From positions 1-24,500 of the forward strand of contig JAZDJS010000028.1 in NCBI GenBank assembly GCA_043803745.1: a stretch of DNA of 24,500 nucleotides, in the 5' to 3' direction. The notes beneath the pieces were generated by a model. It was given only the letters and a program-made list of their open reading frames with translations. It ran no database searches and was not told the DNA's origin. This document shows, piece after piece, positions 16,877-23,853 of the stretch; within the stretch, counting starts at the first letter, position 1; each line of letters begins with the position of its first letter. This DNA is from an archaeon (lineage in GTDB: Archaea; SpSt-1190; DYHY01). The position numbers were made by a program, and so were the translations under genes.

Positions 16877-17808
16877 TGCGCGCGGGCCACCTCGAAGAAA
16901 TTTTCACGTTCAACCACCTCTGCTTGATTTTCCGAAAAATACTTCTCGCCCAGCCTTCCAATTTCCCCTCTCGACAGGAAACTGAGCGGGCAAAGCTCAA
17001 GGATTCCGAACTCCCTTTCGGGCGCGCCCGAGGATTTCCCGGTTACAATTGCCATGCATCCCCTGGCAAGCGCAATTTCCTCCGGGCGCGCCCCGGCGGC
17101 CAGGACAGAAACCCGCAGTTTCTTTTTCGGGAAAAAGTCCAGCGCGCGCCCGAGGATTTCCGCGGACTTTCTGCCCTTGTCCGCGGGAGCGAAAAACTCG
17201 AGCGAGCATCCCCGCTTGGCGGCTTCCAATCCCGCCAGCACCGATTCCCCGCTTCCATCGAGGAGGACGAGGGCGCGCCCCTCGATTCCGTACGGGATTC
17301 CGCCCGCCCCCGGGATTCTTTCGAAATATATGTAGGAAGCATCCTCCCTTAGGTCGACGAAAATCTCGCTTTCAGGATTCGTCAGGTCGACTTTAGCCTC
17401 CGGGAATTTCTCAAGGATTTCTCCGCCCAGAGCCGCGGCGAACTCCTGCGAAGTGAACGGAAGCTTCCCCGCCCGCTTCGCCCTTACCGCAAAAGTCCTT
17501 CCGACCGTTTTCACTTCTTCAAGGCATTTTCCGAGCAAAGCCTCCAACGGGGAAAAGTCAAGCTCAATTGCCGGGGAAACGGAGGCAACTCCGAAAACCC
17601 GGGAAATGACCGCGCAGGCTTCTCTCCCCCGCCCTTCAGGGACCCTTGCGACAATCCGCCCGCTCCGGGTTTTGAAAAGCGTTCCCCCAATTCCTTTGTT
17701 CGAGAGGAAGTTCATTATGTTCGAGAAAAGGGTCTGCTCGAAATCTATCCTCGGTCCCCCGCTCTTCAGGGCGATTTCCCCGGTGCGCACAATGACGATT
17801 TCCTCCAT
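16873..17808 (-). CDS. thiI: ThiI-like protein: NFLD and THUMP domains plus a degenerate, shortened PP-loop domain
   Basis: VRTGEIALKS, VFGVASVSPA, TFAVRAKRAG, VDLTNPE, GAGGIPYGIEGRALVLL, KRG; the SGGxDS position reads DGSGES. Confidence 0.8.
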   Translation of the reverse strand: MEEIVIVRTGEIALKSGGPRIDFEQTLFSNIMNFLSNKGIGGTLFKTRSGRIVARVPEGRGREACAVISRVFGVASVSPAIELDFSPLEALLGKCLEEVKTVGRTFAVRAKRAGKLPFTSQEFAAALGGEILEKFPEAKVDLTNPESEIFVDLREDASYIYFERIPGAGGIPYGIEGRALVLLDGSGESVLAGLEAAKRGCSLEFFAPADKGRKSAEILGRALDFFPKKKLRVSVLAAGARPEEIALARGCMAIVTGKSSGAPEREFGILELCPLSFLSRGEIGRLGEKYFSENQAEVVERENFFEVARAQ

Positions 17809-17922
17809 TCCGGATTGCCCCCGAACCCGCCTTTTAAGAAAGCGGGTGGGGAACTATCCAGGACCGCCCGGGACCGCAGGAGAAAACACTATTAAAAAGG
17901 ACGGGTTGGGAGGAGACGCCGA

Positions 17923-18007
17923 GCTGAGGTAGCGAAGCGGTTAACGCGCCAGATTGCTAATCTGGTTTCCCGTAAGGGATGCATGGGTTCGAATCCCATC
18001 CTCAGCG
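17923..18007 (+). tRNA. tRNA-Ser(GCT)
   Basis: Acceptor GCTGAGG/CCTCAGC plus discriminator G; anticodon stem CCAGA/TCTGG with loop TTGCTAA; long variable arm TCCC-GTAA-GGGA; T arm ATGGG-TTCGAAT-CCCAT; no encoded CCA; TATTAAAA upstream. Confidence 0.97.
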
Positions 18008-18323
18008 CTCGCATATTCTATTGAAAATCACGATAGGCTCGCGCTCCGGACTTCATCCATACAATCGAACGATAGGCTCAGCCTCAGCGCTCAAGCCCTT
18101 CTTTTTCACGAAAAAGAAGCCCTTGATGGGAAGAAAAAGGTTGCGCGCCAATGACGCGCTTTTGGGCGCGCGGGTTCCCGAGACCGGGGAGGTTGAGGTC
18201 CGTGCCAGCGCACGGGGAATCCCATCCTCACTAGCGCTCGCATATTCTATTGCACGTCACAAAAGGCTCGCGCTCCGGACTTCACCCATACAATCGAACG
18301 ATAGGCTCAGCCTCATTAGCGCT
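17991..18323 (+). repeat. Two ~100-bp direct repeats beginning in the tRNA-Ser 3' end
   Basis: 17991-18091 versus 18217-18323: about 6 substitutions and two 3-nt insertions by eye. Confidence 0.92.
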
Positions 18324-18459
18324 GAAACCTGTCATGGGAAAAGAAAGAAAAAAGTCCGCAGTCTTCCAGAAAAAGCCGCAACCGTCCGGGAACACCTTCC
18401 ATTTGTCTTCAGTCAGTTACACTGCCAAATTATTAAACCAGACTAGACAAGCTTGCCAA

Positions 18460-19308
18460 ATGGGTGGGAAAACCGAACTTCTTGCAGTTGGAAATTGCCA
18501 GTATTTCGAGGTTCCCGCCAACTTCCCTGACGGACTCGAAGCGGCGCTTCCAAGGGCTCTTGCCCGTCTGCAGCAGGAGCGGGATGCTGTTGAGAAGGAG
18601 GCGGCCATTGAAATTGCCCTGACCCTTTCGACAAACCTTGGCCCGCCAGGCAGGGTTCGCCCAAAGCAAATCTCCGAGTTCTCCTGGTATCTTGAAAGGG
18701 AACTGCGCAGTCCTGACGTTTTCGACGGGTTGGATGATATCCAAGCATACCTGAAGGGGCGGCTGGTTGTGTTCTCCTACGCAAGCTCGTCCATTGTTTC
18801 CGCCCAGAACCATTTGCGGATGGTCGGGTCAGGAGTAGTTTCCCCCGGCGAAAAATACGAGACGAGTGAAAGATTCCTTGAAGAGGTTTCCGGAATCCCG
18901 GCAAGGGAGCTCGGAGCGGAACTTCTCGCCCCGCTAGTGCCGCTTCTTCCGGAGGGAACCCTTCCCGGGAGGTTTGGCGGTGATGAAGAAGACGAAGAAG
19001 AAGAGATACCTAACGGAAGCTATCTCGCGGACTACCTTTTCTCGGCAGCGCTCATCTCTCCGAACGCTTTTCTGGAAGCTGCCGAGGAGATTTCAGCAGT
19101 TGCAGGGAAGCTCCCCAAGAAAGAGCTCCTGGGATATGCAAGGTTCATGCGTGGAATCGAGACCTTCTCAAAGCTCCTCGAGGCGTCCAATCTAAACAAC
19201 CACCCGAAGAGGTTCCCTGCAAGAATTCTGGAATCTGCAAAGAGGATTTTCCAGGACAGCCTTGACTATTGGCCCCAGGCAAGCGAAACATACGATTTGC
19301 TGAAGTGA
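18460..19308 (+). CDS. Hypothetical protein (282 aa, acidic patch DEEDEEEE)
   Basis: TTATTAAA at 18430-18437 then ATG 18460; the track's N-terminal extension runs through the repeat and is unlikely. Confidence 0.75.
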   Translation: MGGKTELLAVGNCQYFEVPANFPDGLEAALPRALARLQQERDAVEKEAAIEIALTLSTNLGPPGRVRPKQISEFSWYLERELRSPDVFDGLDDIQAYLKGRLVVFSYASSSIVSAQNHLRMVGSGVVSPGEKYETSERFLEEVSGIPARELGAELLAPLVPLLPEGTLPGRFGGDEEDEEEEIPNGSYLADYLFSAALISPNAFLEAAEEISAVAGKLPKKELLGYARFMRGIETFSKLLEASNLNNHPKRFPARILESAKRIFQDSLDYWPQASETYDLLK

Positions 19309-19335
19309 GGCACCCCCGCCCCACGAGAATTTTCC

Positions 19336-19720
19336 TTTTTTGACAGTGTCAGTGCGGCCAACAGCCGGCCTCGATAAGAGCGGAAAAGTTCAGCATGCAA
19401 ATCTCCTTCGCGGCTCCGCTCAGGATTTCGGGCCCCTGCCCTCAACCTTACACAGTTTCTTTTTTGACCGTGTCAGTGCTGCAGCACAGATGTCCTGCCT
19501 TTGACTGGATTGTCTGCAGGCAAGTCTGAGGACCAAACGACTTTTTTCTTTGTAAAAGTTCTCCTCAGAGAATCAACGTTCCACCTGAAAAAAAGGGGTT
19601 CTGTGCCAGCCCGGCTGCTAAGAGCCGGATTTTCCCTTTTGAGAACATTCGGTCGCTCCCGCTCAACAGCCGGCCCTATTTTAGGTTCCCTGCAATAGAA
19701 GGGGGTTCGCTTGCGGACCC
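19336..19720. repeat. Mosaic of partial copies of the SRP RNA 3' end with REP-like hairpins
   Basis: 19357-19403 copies 19755-19798; TTCTGTGCCAGC at 19599-19610; CAACAGCCGGCC at 19664-19675; TTTTTTGAC(A/C)GTGTCAGTGC twice (~19336, ~19460); hairpin at 19702-19720. Confidence 0.85.
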
Positions 19721-19754
19721 CACGCATTTGATGAAACTTTCGTAAAGTTTCTGT

Positions 19755-20030
19755 GCCAGCAGCCGGCCTCGATAGCGGAAAAGTTCAGCATGCAAATCCC
19801 TTACCTCCATTCCGCAACCCCAAGGACACGCCACAAAGGACTTATGGTTGCTTCCTTCCGGATCTGGCCCGTTCAGCCTAGCGGAGCTCCGTTGGGACGA
19901 AACTTCGCCGTTGGGGGAGCTTGTAGGGGCTGAATTCCCCGAAACCTCCGCCGACCATCAGCCTGCCGTAAAGCCCGTTTGCAGTCCCTCTTGCGAGTTC
20001 AGGTCAGGGCTAGTAACCCGCCTAGCTGGC
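19755..20030 (-). ncRNA. ffs: Signal recognition particle RNA (7S/large SRP RNA)
   Basis: Helix 8 signature GCCAGATCC-GGAA-GGAAGCAACC (within 19870-19846); 5' GCCAGC pairs with 3' GCTGGC; long helix-5 pairing; Alu-like 5' end; ATTAAAA ~25 nt upstream. Confidence 0.9.
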
Positions 20031-20110
20031 GAGAAACAAGGACATCCGAGGGTTTTAATCCTTTCTTTTCGGCCGTGAACGACCTTTTATTTGGAAAGAA
20101 CGGGCGTTCC

Positions 20111-20135
20111 TAGGCAGCCCGCCCCTTAGCTGGCG
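20111..20135. repeat. Degenerate copy of the SRP RNA 5' end
   Basis: TAGGCAGCCCGCCCCTTAGCTGGCG versus TAGTAACCCGCCTAGCTGGCG (20011-20031). Confidence 0.6.
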
Positions 20136-20254
20136 GAAGCAACTCATACCTTCCCGGTTTCAAAACTTCCGAATCGTGCGTTCCCCCTTACGTATTCACT
20201 GAAGTCAGTTCAGTTAAGAAAATAAAGGGCAAGTCGAATTAACCTGCCGAAAGG

Positions 20255-20896
20255 ATGGCAACCGCCCTCATTGCCGGCTATGGAACCAAGTTTCACACAG
20301 GCACCTATGTTAACGAGAATGCAATTTTTCGCGCCTATGACCTTTCAAGGGACGACCAACTCCCGGAACAGGCTTTCCTTATCGGGGAACTTTCCGGAAT
20401 GCCCCAATTCGACCGGGTCATTGGTCTTGAGCCTTCGGAGAGCGCAGCCCATTTGGATTATGCGGAAAAGCTTTCGCAAAGGAGCGGAGGCAGGTTCGAA
20501 AGGGTTCTCGGAAAGATTCCGGCAACTGAAGAGGAGCTTGCCAGTTTCCCGCAAGGCCCCGCTGGCAGGAACGCCCGATACGACGCGGTCTTCCTCCCCC
20601 ACCTCGTCTGGATTGCGGCAAGGAAAGGAGAGGACAACACGTATTTCGACCCGGAGGGAACCCGTGAACAGCTGGAAATTTTCCTCAGGGCAGCGGCTTC
20701 GCTCCTTGCTCCGGAAGGGAAGCTCTTCGTTGTTGAATATACCTCGCAGGGCTCAGATTCTCCGAACTCGGATTGGAAGCGTCTCGTTTCGGTAATGGGC
20801 TCAGAAGCGGACTTTTTCAGGCGGGTTTCCCTTCAAGAAAAATCATCTTTCGATTCTCACAGGGACCATCTGGGAGTCTACCTGAGGAGCATTTGA
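20255..20896 (+). CDS. Divergent class I SAM-dependent methyltransferase-fold protein
   Basis: ALIAGYG (motif I-like), VIGLEPS, YDAVFL, AASLLAPEGKLFVVE. Confidence 0.6.
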   Translation: MATALIAGYGTKFHTGTYVNENAIFRAYDLSRDDQLPEQAFLIGELSGMPQFDRVIGLEPSESAAHLDYAEKLSQRSGGRFERVLGKIPATEEELASFPQGPAGRNARYDAVFLPHLVWIAARKGEDNTYFDPEGTREQLEIFLRAAASLLAPEGKLFVVEYTSQGSDSPNSDWKRLVSVMGSEADFFRRVSLQEKSSFDSHRDHLGVYLRSI

Positions 20897-20933
20897 CGTT
20901 TTTAAAAAGGGCGTTGCAGGTAAGGGAAACAGA

Positions 20934-21887
20934 ATGCTAACGGAAGGAGAAGTGCTGCTCCCGAAAATACTTTCAGAGATTCGGAATGCAAAAGCGAAGC
21001 GGATTCTCATTCATCTTCCGGCAGGCTTTTCCAATCTCGCTTTCGAAATCCAGAGGACCGCACCAAAGAAAAAGCAAATCCTCTTCTGGAGCGAGGGCTG
21101 CTACGGCGCCTGCGACATCCCGCATTTGCAGGCCCGCGCTCTCAAGTGCGGTTTGATTCTCTCAATTGGGCATTCCCCGATGCGCCACTGGAACAAGCTG
21201 CAGGTTCCCGTCAGGTTTGTAGAGTATTCCAAAGGAAGGCCCGAGGATTTGCGCATTCCGGAAAGCGTTAACGCGATCCCCGGGAAGAAAATAGCTCTTG
21301 TCGCATCAAACCAGTTCCTCCACCTGATTCCGGAGGCGAAAAGACAGCTGCGGCGCGCGGGAAAGGTTCCGCTTGTCGGGAAATCCGGGGCAATGTGTTC
21401 GGTCGACGGGCAGGTAACTGGCTGCGATTTCGTCTCGGCCGCCCGGTTCCGCGGGCGCGCAGACGCTGTCCTTATTCTCGGGGAGGGCTCATTCCATTCC
21501 TCCGGCTTGGTAGACGCAGCCGGAATCCCCTGCTACCAGCTTGATCCTGCTGAAGGGCTTTTGAAACTAATTTCCCCGGAAAAGTCCAAGAAAATCAATT
21601 TCCTCTATGCGAAAGGACGGTTCGGAATTCTAGTCTCGTCAAAGCCGGGCCAGGAGCATCTCGGGCTTGCGCTTGAACTGAAGAAGAAACTCGAGGCAAT
21701 CGGGAAGACCGCGATAATCCTTGCCGGGGAAACATTCTCTTCCCAAATCCGCAACTTCTCAGATATCGAGGTCCTGATAACTGCCGCCTGTCCGAGGATT
21801 TCCGACGATTCGGAAAGCTATGGTCTCCCGATTCTTTCAGCTGAGCAAGTCCTGACTGCGCTTGCCGAAAATAACCGAACGAACTGA
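20934..21887 (+). CDS. dph2: Diphthamide biosynthesis enzyme Dph2
   Basis: CYGACD, GHS, GQVTGCD, FH, SSKPGQ, ACPRI (three Fe-S Cys). Confidence 0.92.
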   Translation: MLTEGEVLLPKILSEIRNAKAKRILIHLPAGFSNLAFEIQRTAPKKKQILFWSEGCYGACDIPHLQARALKCGLILSIGHSPMRHWNKLQVPVRFVEYSKGRPEDLRIPESVNAIPGKKIALVASNQFLHLIPEAKRQLRRAGKVPLVGKSGAMCSVDGQVTGCDFVSAARFRGRADAVLILGEGSFHSSGLVDAAGIPCYQLDPAEGLLKLISPEKSKKINFLYAKGRFGILVSSKPGQEHLGLALELKKKLEAIGKTAIILAGETFSSQIRNFSDIEVLITAACPRISDDSESYGLPILSAEQVLTALAENNRTN

Positions 21888-21923
21888 AGGAACCTTTTTA
21901 AAGTGGCCACAGATTCCGCGGGA

Positions 21924-22523
21924 ATGAGTACCCGGAAACAATATCGCGAAATCAGTGAGGAGTGGGCGCGTTGTGTTAATCAAATCTATCTAGAGGCAAG
22001 CGGAGTTTTGGCTAGCGCGCCGGAAGCGGACATTGATTTCCGTGACTGGAGATTCCATTTCCAGGGAAGTCAGGAAACGCCCGAGATGACTGGATTCGAG
22101 ATTTCCGGTCAAGCGATCGGAAAAGTCGGACCAACCGGCAGAATCGACCTTGGGGATTTGGTCATCGGAGGCCTCCTCAGCCTCATGGATTCGGAAAAGT
22201 TCCAGATAAGGGACCCTTCAGTCGTTGAATACCGCGGCTATGGCGAAGGTGAAGACAGATATGAATTCGGGCATTCCTGGAGGGGTGCCGGGGCGCGCCA
22301 GATCGATTTCGTGCTGCAGCCTTTTTCAGACTACATTAAAGTAGAATTCGCGGGTTTGAAGCCGACAAAGGAGCAAACCGCAGAAATCCTGGTGGTCCTT
22401 GCAGGAAAGCCGCAATACGGCAGCCCCCTTGTGCATGCTGCGATAAAGGCCGGGCATTTCCTGAAACAAGGAGTTCCCGGGGCAAGGATTACTGAAATGA
22501 ACCCTAGTTATGCCGGAGACTGA
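21924..22523 (+). CDS. Hypothetical protein (paralog A)
   Basis: TTTTTAAA ~22 nt upstream of ATG 21924; shares motifs with the next ORF. Confidence 0.75.
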   Translation: MSTRKQYREISEEWARCVNQIYLEASGVLASAPEADIDFRDWRFHFQGSQETPEMTGFEISGQAIGKVGPTGRIDLGDLVIGGLLSLMDSEKFQIRDPSVVEYRGYGEGEDRYEFGHSWRGAGARQIDFVLQPFSDYIKVEFAGLKPTKEQTAEILVVLAGKPQYGSPLVHAAIKAGHFLKQGVPGARITEMNPSYAGD

Positions 22524-23211
22524 TTCAAAGATGCAAATGCTGAGACCTTGGAAGAAGAAGCAGCGGGAAACGAAAGAACTGCTCGCCCAAACAGTTTACC
22601 CGAAACTTGTTGCGGATTCCGCTCCAAAAATCAAGATTTGGGTAAGCACAGGCAATGAAGAGTTCACGTTCGCATTCGGCCCTGGGAGCCAAGGATATGA
22701 TGTTACTCCGGAGCTCTTGAAACTCTCAGTTCCAGCCGGAAAATATCTCGGGGAAAACGATTCGGACGAATTCCCCGATTACCTTGTCGGGGCGCTTTCG
22801 GCAGCTGCAAAAGCCCTTGGAGGGATTGAATCCCACACTGTAGAGTATTCCGGCTTCCCCGAGCCGGGCAGGGAGGAATACCACCGGATTGAAATCGGGG
22901 CCGAGGGGCGGGAAGGCGCGCGGGTCATCCTCTCCAAGAAAGGCAGCCAGCTTGAACTGACTTTCCAGAATTACACCCCCCTTGAAACTGCAACCGAAAT
23001 CCTTATTGCAACACTTAGGCATGTGCCTGAATTCACAAGATTTGAGCGGGCAGTCTATGGGACAGCCGACTTTTTCTCAAGGCACATAAGAGTGTCCGGA
23101 GAAATCCCCGAGGAACTGCTAGGAAGACAAAGGTATGGTTCGGAAGATGAGCTTGCAGGGGAATCCGGTCCGGAATCCGGTCGCTTCAGGGGTCGCCCGC
23201 CATTCTGCTGA
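22510..23211 (+). CDS. Hypothetical protein (paralog B)
   Basis: 233-aa ORF overlapping the previous stop; shares motifs with both neighbours. Confidence 0.75.
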   Translation: MPETDSKMQMLRPWKKKQRETKELLAQTVYPKLVADSAPKIKIWVSTGNEEFTFAFGPGSQGYDVTPELLKLSVPAGKYLGENDSDEFPDYLVGALSAAAKALGGIESHTVEYSGFPEPGREEYHRIEIGAEGREGARVILSKKGSQLELTFQNYTPLETATEILIATLRHVPEFTRFERAVYGTADFFSRHIRVSGEIPEELLGRQRYGSEDELAGESGPESGRFRGRPPFC

Positions 23212-23283
23212 GCGAGGAAATCGACTATTTTACGGCTTTATCGGAAGAAGCTTTTTAACTTGGGAGTAGGTATATTGGTCAAG

Positions 23284-23853
23284 ATGGCGGGGGGAGACGA
23301 CAATCCAAGAGTCCTAAAGGCGGAGCAATATCTGCAACAGCTCCGGCTTGTCGAGGACGCTCTTTCCGAATCGGTCGGAAAAGCCCGAATGAAAGAGACG
23401 GGCCCAATAGAGGCGTTCTCGGGAACTGGCGAGTCGGTTTCCCTTGTCCGCAGGGTCAGCCCTTGTTCGGGAGCCGAAGATGCCGAATTGACCCTTTCCG
23501 GATTCGACGAAATGGGTTATTCAGCCGGAGATTATGCCAAGGTCAAAGCAGGCCTTGCCTTTCTGGGTCTTGGATCCGGCTTTGGCAAGCCGACAGAAGT
23601 CTGCCTTTGTGAAGGGCATTACAACGTTTTCTTCGGAACAACCCAGAAAAATTACCTTTCCCTCAGGAAAGACGGTCCGGAACTTTCCTTGACACTACAC
23701 ACTGAAAACCCCCTTCCTTCTGAACTGCTTTTGGAATTCGCAGGCTGCGTCACGAACCCGGACAAGTACGTGGCTGCGGTGAAAACCGCCGTCAGGGAAA
23801 TTGCTCGAGACGCAGTTTCGGGATATTTCGGGCGGGCAGGAAATCGCCTTTAA
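23284..23853 (+). CDS. Hypothetical protein (possible paralog C)
   Basis: TTTTTAAC at 23252-23259 then ATG 23284; C-terminal similarity to paralog B. Confidence 0.72.
   Translation: MAGGDDNPRVLKAEQYLQQLRLVEDALSESVGKARMKETGPIEAFSGTGESVSLVRRVSPCSGAEDAELTLSGFDEMGYSAGDYAKVKAGLAFLGLGSGFGKPTEVCLCEGHYNVFFGTTQKNYLSLRKDGPELSLTLHTENPLPSELLLEFAGCVTNPDKYVAAVKTAVREIARDAVSGYFGRAGNRL

Noticed and set aside
17991-19798. CRISPR array or single integrated provirus/island
   Set aside because: Repeats are irregular, derived from neighbouring RNA genes and lack constant spacers. No cas or integrase gene is present, and the two repeat sets do not bracket a common segment.
19473-20078. Short ORFs 19473-19727, 19501-19698 and 19848-20078
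   Set aside because: They overlap repeats or the SRP RNA and have weak starts and no protein-like features
19800-20150. RNase P RNA or rRNA fragment
   Set aside because: No GAGGAAAGTCC-type P4 motif; the SRP helix 8 signature and end pairing explain the region
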